Shown: positions 25,883 through 38,286, counted from the first letter of the stretch. The stretch: 64,000 nt of DNA from Novakomyces olei (GCA_016906335.1 JADEYG010000009.1:620001-684000), one strand, 5' to 3'. Numbers and translations are program-made. The notes: generated from the sequence alone by a model not told the origin.

Positions 25883-28800
25883 ATGGGCGTCTCTGCCAGC
25901 CGAGAGTTTGATGCTCGCCAGGTTGGAGGCGATATCTGGCTCAATTCCGTGTCGGCGAGTAAGGTTTAATCATATCGAAGTTCTGACGTTTTAATAGTAT
26001 ATCTTTGTAAATTTGTCGTTTCAACTTCGCGCGAGTCGCCGTACGTTACAGGGACCGTACCAGACTCTGTGCGCAGCAGCAATGGACCGGCAGCGTTTGG
26101 CCATGTGCAGCTCGCTCGGGGCGACGACGAGTTCACTCAGTTTGTTCGTGATTTTGATTTCGCTTTCCGAGTAAAACTGCCTTATGATCCAGTCCTACGA
26201 CTGGAATTGCATTTTGAAACAGCACCGGATTCCGTGCCAGCTGCCGCCGACATGTATATGCTTAATCTTTCCTCTGCAAGCGAGCTTGAAGCTGCATTGA
26301 ACCGGAAATTTAACGATATTGTAAGCTCAATCAAGTCCTTGTATAGGGTCACAGTCTAATATACCAGCTCGACGGCCTGTCTCCCGTATCACGTGCGTCT
26401 CATGCGCAAGGCGTTTGCTATACATGGCGGTACACGCACCCCTGGAAACGGGCCATAGTCAAAAACTCTTGGCGCAATTTCAATGCCCTTTTGGCCCTGG
26501 ATCCATCGACGGATGTACTGAGCCCCGTCTGTATATTTTCCTATATGGTCCATGATACGGATGAGTGGCACGTGTATGCAAAACCAGAGCAACTGCTGTC
26601 TCCCCTGTTGAAGAGCTTGTCACATGCCTCACAGATTACACCCAAAATGGAGCTAATGGAACTGCCAGTACTGCCGGAAAGATTGCCCTCTAGTACGGGG
26701 ATTGACCGTGCACGTTCCAGCCCCATTGCAGTCACTACTCCAGCCAGCGCCAAAGCTAATGCTTTGGCTATTTCATCGCATGAATCTGCCACGGAAAAGC
26801 AAGCTGGCCTTGAATCTGCTGTTGGTGCGGCAGAGACGATGATGCCCAACCTGGCGGAACAAGGTGAAAGAATGGAGGACAGCCCGCTTTTCCGGGCTAC
26901 TCTATCCTCGCTCGAACGTAAAACGTCGACCTTTAAAAAGGTTGTTAAAAGTTTGCTGGCACAGTTTAGAGAATCACAGCAGCTCATGCAGAATATTGCA
27001 ATTTCCCGTCGTCGGTTCATTGAGATAATGCAGTCCGACCCGGAATTATTGGCCATGGCCAGCCAACTAGGGTTTGAAGAATACTTCAAACGTGTTTCCC
27101 AGGGCCTTTTGGCCCTGGAAAGTGATCTGTCTAGAGCCGCGTATGACAGAGTCATCTTCCACCTGGAACAGGTCCATGGACAAATCAAAAAACTGGATCT
27201 AATGAAACGTGACTTTGACGATTCTTCCCGTGAGTATTACCAGTTCTTGACCAAGTATTTAGCTGGCCCGTCTGATAAAGAGGAGCACAAACTCGATCGA
27301 CGGGACGCCAAGTTTGGAGCTCGTCGGAAGAGGTTTGAACTTGGCCGGTTCGATTACTACAACTACATCTATGAGCTTAATGGTGGCAGAACGAGGCAGG
27401 ATATTCTGTGTAAGCTTTTTGAGTTTTTCTCCGTTCAATCTCGAGCTATAATCGGACTCGGCAACGATTTACAGGCGTGGGATCCTCAATTGCAGTCCGT
27501 TGGAAGGGCAATAGAGAATGCCCGAGTAGAAACGCAAGTCGGCCGCAGTAAAGACCGTGAAAGACGGAGGGCAATTGAGACTACGGCCTCTCCTAAAGGA
27601 GGAGTAGTCCCACAGACTCCGTTTGGCCAGTCTCCTCCCAAGTTCCAGGCGGAGCCTATCCTCCAGGCAGAGACTGACACCACAAGGTCCCCTGATTACG
27701 AGGCAGTGCTGCCGGAAAAGCTTGGATCGTACATTGCCACAGAGCCCGCTGAGACTCACGTGGGTGACGATTCAACGAGCACGTCCTCATCCAACACTGA
27801 CGCCAAGGCTCGTCAGCAGATGGGCAGACTCGTAATAGACACTGATGTTGGTCCGGGAGGCTTGAGCACTCTGCAGCCTATTCGCAAAGAGGGCTTACTG
27901 CTAGCACTCTCTCGGCCGCTTACCCACACTGACCCCAAAGTCGTTGTGCCTAAAATAAACTGGCACAAGTATTGGGTCGTACTGTCCGACGGGATTCTGA
28001 GCGAATACGAAAACTGGAAGACTGCTACTGAACTGCACAATGACCCTATAAAGCTCCATATGGCAGCCGTACGTGAGGCGCGGAACGTGGACCGTCGCTT
28101 TTGCTTTGAAGTTATTACCCCTCAGATTAAACGTATCTACCAAACAACGTCGGAGGAAGATGTACACGAATGGATATCCGTGATTCAGGCTGCTATTACC
28201 GACCAGATTGCGGGGAAGGAGGAAGCGTACCCGTACGGGAATAGCACGGAAAACCAACGTGCAGTTTACGAAACACAAAGAGCAGTTAGTGAAACCCAAC
28301 GCTCAGCTAACGAAAGCCAACGTGGAGCCAACGAGTCACAGCGGTCACTGGCACGTGCGCTGGGCATTAAACGGCAGACCTCTCAAGCCCATAAAGGTAC
28401 TGCTCCTTCTAATTCTGCACCACCACCAAATCGTCGGCATGAAACTGCTCTTCGCTACAGCTGCTCGTCATTGACTACTATTCTCCATTCAGCGGACTCG
28501 GCAAATGCCTTTTGTGCAGACTGTGGCAGTCCCGCCAATGTTGACTGGGTCGTTATCAATGTCCCGGCCATTATTTGCATAGAGTGTTCTGGATGCCACC
28601 GATCACACGGATCGCATATCGGCAAAGTCAGGTCACTGAGTCTTGACCCGGCTTCGTTTACCCCTGATCTGATCGCTCTGCTGATGGCAGCGGGTAATAC
28701 TGCAGTCAATAGTGTCTACGAGGCCACTTACGACTCAGTGGTTGGGCCACTTGGCCTTCCACACAAGCCAGCTGGTACTAATGTTTCGAGGGAGGAGAGA

Positions 28801-29592
28801 GCGGCTTTCATAACGGCAAAGTATATTAATCGCTCTTTTATTCTTCACTCTGACGCTGATCCAAACTGGGAATTAGCACAGAGTATACGTATAGGCAGTG
28901 TTGCTGGAGCCATTCACGCGCTGGCCTGTCGAGCCGAGCCTGATGGGAATATTATTAAAATTGATAAAAATAACAATAATAATAACAGCATCAACAACAA
29001 CAACAATATTGAAACTAATAACCATAATCATAATACTGACGGCCACGACGACGACACACTTCCTTTGGCTTTGGCATTGCTACAGCCAGAAACTGATGCT
29101 TTTTCTACGACACAGGTGTTTCCATTGGCTGAGCTTCTAGTGCTTAATGGATGTGACGTAAACGACGCTCGTCTCGCTTCAATACTGCCTAATCTCAGTC
29201 CGGCTGCTTACGCTTTTCTCTTGTCAAAGCAGTCAAAAGACAGTCAGCCAAGATCTCCGCAAGATTTTATGCAATCGAGAGATTTAATGTCGAATGCTCA
29301 GGAGCATGGAAGCACAGTCGTTAACAGTACTACAACTCAATCGTTCAAGCCTCAGCAAGTGAGCTCTCCGCCGGGTGGGAACTCGCTCTCAGAAGCATTA
29401 AAGTTCAAGCGATCGGTGAGCGTTGGTGGGAAGGCCAATTCTGGGTCCTTATCGGCAATAGCAGCAGGCAGTGAAATAAAATCAGAAGAAAAGGAGAAGG
29501 AAAAGATGAAATTTGGTGCTAAACTGACCAAGCGAATGAGCCTGGGACGGGTCGTTTCGAGTTCTATGGGTGACCGGCGTGATCGGTCTTGA
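25883..29592 (+). CDS. BAR-PH-ArfGAP protein (Csx2/Age1/ACAP-like). Exons 25883-25958, 25998-26320, 26368-29592
   Basis: EDSPLFRATL BAR start; PH domain WHKYWVVL..RRFCFEVITP; ArfGAP CADC-x17-CIECSGCHR with the catalytic Arg. Introns 25959-25997 and 26321-26367 join the upstream ORF in frame. Confidence 0.92.
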
Positions 29593-30405
29593 CGGTAGTT
29601 TATTACATTATTCCCAAAATTCCAACATCCCTACTTTTCTTGACTTTTCGATTGTGAATGCCGATGGTAAAGCCAGTGTTCCTCAATCTTTGATGCCTTT
29701 CCTACTGCCGAAACTGGCCTTGGTCAGGAAGCTGTGGGGCTAGTTGGCCTCCCTGATGGTGTTTTTGTTCTTTTTATACATTAAATACTCAAATCTACCA
29801 CTCGTTTAATCTTTTTATGATTGCCTTTTGGAGAAGCAATGGAGTTTGGACGCGGGACATACATCTTTATTTTTTATCTATTTACATTCAATCTATTAAC
29901 GACTCTTTATAATATTTTCTCTTCATTATAATCATTTTTTCGCTGCAACAATAGGCGAGCATTGCTGTCTAATCATCGGTCTCTTTGATTTTGATAATAA
30001 TTGTATAATAGCGAAAATTCTGCCTTTTATCTATTAAATGTAGAAGTCAAAAAATAGTTAAATTAGGATGATATTTGTACCGGGATTTTTAAAGAGTTTC
30101 GAGACTTGAAGAATATTGCACTAGTACACTGGATAAACCCTAAACTCTACTCGTAGATACATTATATAAAACTTTATTGTCAGCCCTAATTATCATATCG
30201 CAGAGTATATTCAATATATTCCAAAGTACTGTCCAAAATTATTATAATTAATTGCATCTACTGACAGTTCATAAATCCGGTAAATCACAGAATTTTTATT
30301 TTATGATTAGTATATCTGCAAAAGAATAAGTGAAGTACAAAAAATAATTATTGCGATAAAGCAAAAAAATTAGATACCCAAACGACCGATTCGCCCCCGG
30401 CTGCA

Positions 30406-31847
30406 ATGAGCCAGGGCGACAAGGAAACGCCTACCAATGGCGATACACTACGTGTAAGTCTATTTGTCTATCCTCTTTCAAACAATAATGGAAACACGTC
30501 TCACAACCGCCTGCTCTAAAATCATGAGTCTTTTTTTATTTTTATTTTTTTTAATTAATTTTTATTAATTTCTTTTGCTGTTTATCTTTTTATTTCAATT
30601 GCCTCGTCTAATCAAAGGTGCCTGTGCGATTCACCACTCAGCACTCTGATCTCGCTGTAGCAGAAACACCAATTCTCGTCCCAACTTTGCTCCGGAGGTA
30701 CGGTTTATCTGAAGTAGTGAACCATTTACTGGCAACCGAGACCCCGATCCCGTTTGATTTCTTGGTGGATGGACGGTTATTGAAAACTTCACTGGCCGAG
30801 TACCTTGTTGCTAATGGACGCGACCGTGAATCTCAGATTGATATCGAGTACATCAAAGCCCTCGTGCCTCCACGGCTAATTGCTACTAATTATCAGCCTG
30901 ACTGGATCTCTGATATTGCCGTTCGCTCTGGCGATTCGCCTTTAGCTGCAGTTTCAAGGTACGATGGAGGTGTGGCTGTTGTCGACCGCAATGGCTCAGA
31001 GCTGACGGCATTAAAACTGCAGGACACTCTGAAAGCAGTGGCCTGGTTGGACCCAGCAAAAGTTCTTAGTGGAGGCCACGATCGCATTGTCAGACTGCAC
31101 AAGTTTTCCGAATTTTCTTCCAGTTTTTCACAGGACCAAGAAGAGATCCGGTTCACTGGTCACACGGGGACTATTCACAGCATTTTGCCTCTGCCAAAGC
31201 AAAAGACAAAATTTATAAGTACTGGGGCAGAAGGCGAGTGTTTTGTATGGTCAACTACGGCGGATGTGGCGGATTTCACATCCACAAGTGAACGGAAAAA
31301 AAGACAGAAATTACGGGTAGAAAGCCGGGCTCCAATTGCCCGCTTACGCGGCCATACGGCCGCTGTAATGCAGGCTATTCCTCACAGTGAGGCCGACGCT
31401 AGCGTTGCTTATACGGCAGGGCTGGATGGGACACTGAAGACTTGGGATATCGTGACTGCTGCCCTGGTAGACAGCAAAACGCTGCCGATGCCTTTAGTAT
31501 CGGCTGCCACTCTGCCGGCTCTTAATTCGGTCGCTCTTGGCTCAACTAACGGGCACCTCTACCTCCACGATCCACGGTCGCCTCAAACTGTACACAGCCA
31601 TATGCACGGGCACAAGAATATGGTCGCCAGTTTATCCACGGGGCCCGTGTCCACAAACCCGCATCATTTTGTATCGGGCAGTTACGATGGGACACTGCGG
31701 ATTTGGGATGTTCGGTCGCCGGCGGGTGCGGTTTACGTTGTGAAGCGCCACGAAAAACTGATGGGCAAGATTTTTGCCGTAGACTGGAGCTCTATCGGGA
31801 TCTTGCACGGTGGTGAGGATAATGTACTGCAGTTTGACCAGCCGTGA
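30406..31847 (+). CDS. YTM1: Ribosome biogenesis WD40 protein Ytm1/WDR12. Exons 30406-30453, 30618-31847
   Basis: NLE domain LRRYGLSEVVNHLL..PIPFDFLVDG..LKTSL followed by WD repeats. Intron GTAAGT..CTAAT..AAG. Confidence 0.93.
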
Positions 31848-32067
31848 TTGCTTTGTATGGGAACATTGATATTCATTCATAGATTGTGGGGGCGGTAAAA
31901 AGTCTTTTTGAATTATAACCAATCATAGATATGACTAGCGTCAATTATAAATAGCCATATATACATACATATATTAAACATGAGCAAGATGTATCGTTTT
32001 GCCATTCGGATTATGAAATGTTGGACGCTTTCTTTTTGATCTAATCTAACTCTATATACGTCACAGT

Positions 32068-33927
32068 CTAATCCTTTTTTGGGTGCTTGATAGACAGGCA
32101 CCAGATATCATATTCCTGTGTGACAGTGGCAATTACGTCCAGCACAAATGTACCATAAATGCCGATCGCAAATCCAAGACAAGCCGTCATATACGCAAAC
32201 CCGTACTGTCCAATAATGCTGGGCACTTTGAAAAAGATGGGAAGGTACCCGTCCAAAGCGCCATATAAAATCGGCAGGAAAAGTACGTTCCATTTCGGAA
32301 ACGAAGAGTGGGTAACGTGTGCCGTGATCATCAGCCCTACAGTGTAGGCAAACGTTATTCCAAAGTACGCGACAACAAGAAGAAGATGGTCGCTAACTAG
32401 CGACGGGAAATTTAGGAGCCAGACAAGAGCTAATCCTGAAACGCCAAAGTATGGAGCCAGACCCAAAAGGGCCGGAGTGAATGCTTTACCCTGTGCCTTG
32501 CGGGCTTTGTATACATTGGTAGAACTGCACGTTTAGCGATGTGCTTAGAATGCATAATAAACGATTGGGTTTTGAATAAAGCAAGACAGCCTTACCTGGT
32601 AAAAATGTTAAAAGCAAGCGCAAATGCTCCAAAAACGAGAAACGCAGTATTCAATGGCATCGATTGAAGGGCCCTGGGCAGGTAAACGTCCGTGTATCCC
32701 TTCACGCCCACAAAGCTGTACAAATCTTGCTCCCAGAATTGTGGGCCGTACTTTCCCGACAAGTAAAAAATCCCCACCACCATAAGAATACCCTCGACGG
32801 GACCGGAGAAGAAGGAGAGGTAAAGTGTGCCGGTGTGGTACTCTTCCCAGGTGGAAAGGTAAAAATTCGCCAGAGCTGAAGCATTTAGCAGGCGAAGGAT
32901 AGAGAGGCAATAAAATAAAAAGAATTTCGTAAGACTGAGGAGTGTTGTTAAACGCTTTGTCAATGAAAATACAGATCGACATGGAAAAAAAGGGAGCTTT
33001 TCTAAGCTTTCGTACTTGCAAATTGGCAGAGCAATGTAAGCCACGAGATTCCGAGTCTTATAGCACAAGCAGTCAAAAGCATGCCGAGCTAAACATTAGT
33101 CAGCAGGCTGGACAGTATTGCCGATGTATACAGTCGTGTTTAGTGCATCGACACCTAGATACGTAAGCACAAGCAAAACTGCCACGCAATCTACCATGGT
33201 CGAACATTTCGCCAAGCGGTCCGCTTGTTCCCGTACGTCTTGCCTGCATCCCGTCTATCGAGTCAAACGACTGGTACATAAACATGCCGATCGCCCATCT
33301 TTAAGGTTTGTTAGCGTCAGCAGGAAAAGTGCAACGATACGAGTAGTAAACCCAGCGCGGGCACTCAGAGTACAGGTCGGGCGAGTAGTACAATAACTGT
33401 GCGGCATTCACGACTACAAAACTGAACCCGGTCAAGGTAATCTGTCCTGTAAGCACAGGGAAGTGACTGTGCAATATCAAATACCAAGTTTGGTCTGCAA
33501 TTAATTAGAATCTGATAGACTTATGCCGTTCAACCTCTTAAAAGGAAAAGAGAGCCAGAAAAAATAATTCAGGGGATATTCAGGCAGGCCAAAAGATTAA
33601 ATGATTGATTGGATGATTGAATGATTAAATAATTGATTGGTTTAGTGATTGATTGATTGATTGAATGATTGATTGGTTCAATGAATGATTATTTCAATGA
33701 TTGTTTCAATGAATGATTCAATGAATGATTCAATGAATGATTCAATGGTTGATTCAATGATTGATTCAATGATTAATTTGAAGCACTTACGCAACGAATT
33801 TCGGTACGAGTTTGACCAAATGGCTCCACCAGAAAGGTTTCAATATATAGCGGGACACGAATGAATGGTCCGTGCCTCGATACGCATACTTGTGCAAATT
33901 GGCTACTCGCTCACGCGAAAGGTACAT
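32068..33927 (-). CDS. EPT1: Choline/ethanolamine phosphotransferase. 8 exons: 33927-33791, 33494-33485, 33441-33341, 33298-33195, 33154-33132, 33088-33016, 32875-32596, 32524-32068
   Basis: The spliced model gives APNLITLTG, the CDP-alcohol motif [23 protein letters not shown], and [17 protein letters not shown]. All seven intron phases are consistent. EPT1 versus CPT1 cannot be resolved. Confidence 0.93.
33598..33775. repeat. Degenerate (GATT)n/(TCAATGAATGAT)n array inside EPT1 intron 1
   Basis: Read directly from the sequence. Confidence 0.85.
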
Positions 33928-34255
33928 GACAAGTATCTATGCCAGACTAAAGTGCTCGCTCAACCTTATATTATGGAAGAAGTGTTTTTTAAATCATAAA
34001 TCTTATCGTAGCAACTGTGAGCTGTAAAGATGGTACTTTAACGTCACAGTTTTGAAGTTTAGTGTTACTGCTATCGAGCGTAATTTATAGGGATTATTGT
34101 TGCCATAATATATTTGGTATTGCGTCGGCCGAGTTTTCTTATCGCTCATGTAAAAGGAGAAATTGGTTGCCGATAAAGGGTTCGTATTACTATTTCACGG
34201 CAGAAAACGAAGCAGCGTTTCACGAGACTTTGCATTTGAACAGAATCGTTCCCGA

Positions 34256-35377
34256 ATGGCTGTAGAGCGCGAATTGCTGGGGTATTCTGGCAAAAATCCC
34301 GATCCTAAATGGCCAAACAACTCGAAAATCGCAGTGTCGTTTGTTCTCAATTACGAGGAAGGTGCCGAGAATTGTATTCTGAACGGTGACAAAGGATCCG
34401 AATATGCACTTACTGAAGTATGGATTCAACTGGCTTTTTCTTTTTTCGTTTTCTTTCTGCCCCCTTTTTTATCTTTTTTTTCCCTTTTTTTTATCTTTTT
34501 TTTTTTTTTGCCTTTATTCTCCTTTTTCTTTTGTTAATTGCTATTCTTTTCCACAATATACTAACCCGGCCAGTTTGGTTCAGAGTGCACTACACGTATC
34601 GGCGATCGGCACTTGTCGGTAGAGTCGACCTTCGAGTACGGCAGCCGGCAGGGATTCTGGCGTATTCTTAACCTTTTCCGCCAAAACAAATTGACGTTTA
34701 CCTGTTACGCTGTGGGCAAAGCGGTAGAGCTCAATCCTCAGGTTGTTCCTGCCATGGAAGAGCTCGGTTGTGAAATTGCTTCGCATGCTTACCGGTGGAT
34801 CGACTATCATGAATACGAGCATGATCCAGCCACGGAAAAGCGTCTGGTGCACGAAGCACTGCGGGCCTTAAAAGCCCATTCCAAGGATGGCAAGGCTCCA
34901 GTTGGCTGGTACACGGGCCGGGACACGGCAAATACGCGCCGTCTTGTCCAGGAAGTCTATGATGAATTGGGTCTTGAGCTGCTGTATAATGCAGACTGCT
35001 ACAACGATGATCTCCCGTACTGGATCCCTTCACCGACGGCCAAAGTTCCGGGCTCACAGCAAGATCCGGGTATGCTTATGCTGCCATACACCTTTGACAC
35101 GAACGATATGCGCTTTGACAAGCCTCATGGTTTCACTCTGGCGTCAGAGTTTTACGAGTACTTGAAGGATGCATTTGACACACTTTACGCAGAGGGCGAA
35201 GCTGGTTCTCCTAAAATGATGACCATTGGCCTCCACTGCCGACTCATTGGTCGTCCGGGCAGAATTGCCGGGCTGCGACGATTCATGGAGTATATACAGT
35301 CAAAACAGGGCGTTTGGGTGGCAACGCGGCGTGATATTGCTCAGCATTGGCGTAGCGTCTATCCTTACCACGCGTAA
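34256..35377 (+). CDS. Polysaccharide-deacetylase (CE4) fold protein, PuuE allantoinase/Cda1-like. Exons 34256-34417, 34574-35377
   Basis: LNYEEGAE, ESTFEYGSR, EIASHAYRWI, GWYTGR, DDLPYW, DTNDMRF, GLHCRLIGRPGR. U-rich intron 34418-34573. Confidence 0.9.
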
Positions 35378-35626
35378 AACAGCCATGTACACTCGATTAA
35401 GCTGTCTTGTGCGTGACTACTGTTTATGGAACCCCGTGTCTAGAGTAAACTACAGGGCCAAGCATTAATCCAATTTCAAAATTGATATTTTCAACAGGAA
35501 TATATTACTGCAAAACAACACGATATTAGATACACCCTTGTAACCCTATTTACATCCACAAAAACCAAAAGTAAAACAAGCAAGCAAACAGTGGCAATAT
35601 CGTACGAGTCGAAGGAGGCGAGTACG

Positions 35627-36319
35627 CTACTTTGGCCTAGAATTGAGATCTAACAAATCCTCTGACGACGCCATTAGTTCGCGGCTGGTTGCAGAGGCTG
35701 ACCGTGGTATTGTGAGAGCCGATTCTGACCCAGAATTTCCACGGCTCCGTTGAGCGAGCAATGATATGCTATCATCACGCATAATCCCGGCATCGGCTGC
35801 GGCCGAATCATTTTCATCATCGAGCAATAATTCCCTTGAATCGCCGTCTGACAAGACAATCCCTCCAGCGCTTCCACTGTGCCGTAATTTTATTCTCTTT
35901 TGCTCGGCAAACCAGGGCCTGCGGCCAAACAGTCTCCTCCATACACTAGTATCATTCGCCACAGGTGAAGGAGGAATATGAATACTGTGACTCACAGCAG
36001 CTGGCTCCATACCCGCAACGGGCTGATAATAATCAAAGTCAAAAGTGCTGCCAAAGCTGTCTGAACGGCCTCGGTGTGAGGCCCAGTTTGATCTCCAGTT
36101 TGGCGCAGAGAGCGTTGGCAGGCAGGCGGCACAGGCTGAAAATATAAAACAAAATCCGGAGTTCAGTCGGCTGGACTCTTCCGGAGCAGTCTCCAGCGGC
36201 ATTTCGTCCCCAATATCGCGGAAGAATCCGGAAGATTGAGGCTCTAAAGACCCTTCGCCGGCTGCTGCAGCTGTATCGGCCGGAGACGCCGGGTTTGAGT
36301 GACCGTCATCGCTCGACAT
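35627..36319 (-). CDS. Hypothetical protein, 230 aa, Ser-rich and likely disordered, with a short Cys/hydrophobic patch
   Basis: ATG-initiated ORF with coding-like composition filling the intergenic gap; no domain recognised. Confidence 0.65.
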   Translation of the reverse strand: MSSDDGHSNPASPADTAAAAGEGSLEPQSSGFFRDIGDEMPLETAPEESSRLNSGFCFIFSACAACLPTLSAPNWRSNWASHRGRSDSFGSTFDFDYYQPVAGMEPAAVSHSIHIPPSPVANDTSVWRRLFGRRPWFAEQKRIKLRHSGSAGGIVLSDGDSRELLLDDENDSAAADAGIMRDDSISLLAQRSRGNSGSESALTIPRSASATSRELMASSEDLLDLNSRPK

Positions 36320-36681
36320 GGCACTCTGCCCGTCCGCGCTATTTGAGCCGCGCTACTTTGAGCTCTGCCGCATAAATTGTACGCGATACACAGTAGTATC
36401 TATTCTATCTGTGAGTCTGGCGCAGGTTAAGCTCTGCGGTCTCTGTGCATCGCCGCCCTACAACTGTATACATTAAAACAAATAAAAATCGTAAAAGAAT
36501 ACGGACAGGCAGGCGCTCTTGGTCGGGAACGTCATACTGCTCTCTTCTACTACTATTTAATATGGAGAATAGATTGGTTTGTAGCATTACATATGCTATA
36601 AAGGCAGCAATTAATCAAGCAATTCGTTGCCTTTGCACGGTAAAACCAAAATACTGTTGAATAAACGGCAAACATAATAAC

Positions 36682-36748
36682 TATTTCATAGATTAATTAT
36701 TTCATAGATTAATTATTTCATAAATTAATTATTTCATACATTAATTAT
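36682..36748. repeat. 16-bp AT-rich minisatellite (TATTTCATAGATTAAT), about 4 copies
   Basis: Read directly from the sequence. Confidence 0.8.
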
Positions 36749-36865
36749 TCTTTCATAAATCGTTAAATCATCCAGCTTTAAAAATGTCACACCGCCGAAT
36801 CCATTACGTTTGTATTGTGAAAATTCGCTCGTCCAAGTAATCACAGTTTACTTGTTTATTTTAAA

Positions 36866-36969
36866 CCCCGATTCTATTGTGATTCACAAGTCTTCCCCGG
36901 ACCGAATACGTGATTCACACACATCCTGCCCCGAAAGCCTAATCTCACACGGATGGGGAAGCCTATAAA
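36866..36969 (+). promoter_or_regulatory. SDR promoter: two GTGATTCACA motifs, three CCCCG motifs and a TATAAA box
   Basis: TGTGATTCACA 36878-36888 (odd palindrome), CGTGATTCACA 36909-36919, TATAAA 36964-36969, about 55 nt before the ATG. Confidence 0.5.
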
Positions 36970-37019
36970 GGAAGCCTGGCGCGCAAGCGATTGCCATCAG
37001 ACAAACAACCTATTGGAAA

Positions 37020-37784
37020 ATGACTAGCTACGCTTTCAAAGATCTCAATGGCAAAGTTGCCCTTATTACTGGCGGAGCCAAGAATCTGGGCGCATTAGTG
37101 GCAAAGGACTTGGCTGCCCTTGGGGCGGACATTTACATCCACTATCATGATGAGCATTCGGCACAAGCGGCCCAATCTGTTCTCAGTGAACTGAAGGCCC
37201 TTGGTCGTCGTACTGCTTCAGGAACCGGCAACTTGGCCGATCCTAAAGTGGCAGAGGACCTGTTCACCGACTGCAAATCGAAACTGGGCCGTGTCGATAT
37301 CGCCGTGAACACAGTCGGCAAAGTTTTGAAGAAGCCGCTTGTTGATATCACGCCTGAGGAATACAAGGCGATGTTTGATGCCAATTCTGCTTCTGCTTTC
37401 TTCTTCACTCAGAGTGCAGGAAGGCATTTGGAGAAGGGTGGCAAAGTGGTAACGCTTGTCACTTCCTTGTTGGCTGCTTTCTGCGGAGATTATTCCATCT
37501 ACCAGGGCTCAAAGGCACCAGTCGACTACTATACCCGCGCAGCAGCCAAGGAGTTTGCATCTCGCGGCATTTCTGTCAACAATGTTGCCCCTGGACCAAT
37601 GGACACTCCGTTCTTTTACGGACAGGAAACGCCAGAGTCGGTTGCGTTCTTGAAGAGTGTCAGCATTAACGGCGAGCTTACAAAGATCGAGGACATTGCG
37701 CCAATCGTCCGCTTCCTTGTAACCGAGGGCTGGTGGATTACGGGCCAGACCATCTTTGCCAACGGCGGCATGTCGACGCGTTAA
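37020..37784 (+). CDS. Short-chain dehydrogenase/reductase
   Basis: TGGAKNLG Rossmann motif, catalytic YQGSK (YxxxK), PGPMDTPFF, WITGQTIFANGG; intronless. Confidence 0.93.
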   Translation: MTSYAFKDLNGKVALITGGAKNLGALVAKDLAALGADIYIHYHDEHSAQAAQSVLSELKALGRRTASGTGNLADPKVAEDLFTDCKSKLGRVDIAVNTVGKVLKKPLVDITPEEYKAMFDANSASAFFFTQSAGRHLEKGGKVVTLVTSLLAAFCGDYSIYQGSKAPVDYYTRAAAKEFASRGISVNNVAPGPMDTPFFYGQETPESVAFLKSVSINGELTKIEDIAPIVRFLVTEGWWITGQTIFANGGMSTR

Positions 37785-37928
37785 GAATGGTACTGGTATG
37801 ACTATTGCTCTCGACTACTTGAGCTCAGCCCGCCGGTTGCTTTTTCGTGAATAGCTTGGTATTTGGTGCGTTTAGACATGAAATCAATGTGATGTTTAGT
37901 GACAAGAGAGCCTTGTGGATTGCAGAGC

Positions 37929-37990
37929 GTAGGTATAGCGAGGTAGGTATAGCGAGGTAGGTATAGTGAGTGAGGTATAGTGAGCGTAGG
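37929..37990. repeat. 14-bp minisatellite (GTAGGTATAGCGAG), about 4 copies
   Basis: Read directly from the sequence. Confidence 0.8.
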
Positions 37991-38286
37991 GTAAAGTATT
38001 ACCAGAGCATACAAGAATTAGAAGAGAGCCTATAGAAAAGCGATCCCTCGACAATTCCAAAATGGCGTCTTGTATCCTTATAGGCACAACAACCTCGGCC
38101 CAGAGTGGCAGTAATCCAAAGTATCTGCTGCACGTCAAATTGCGCCATGTTTGCCTGCCGAACTCTCGACCGTTGGACAGATTCCTGTTTCGGCAATAGG
38201 GCAAAGACCCTGTTGCGGCCTTGTCAAGCGTGGGCGCGATTATCTGACACATTGGGTGTTTGACGGCAGTGACAGGAAATTTATGT

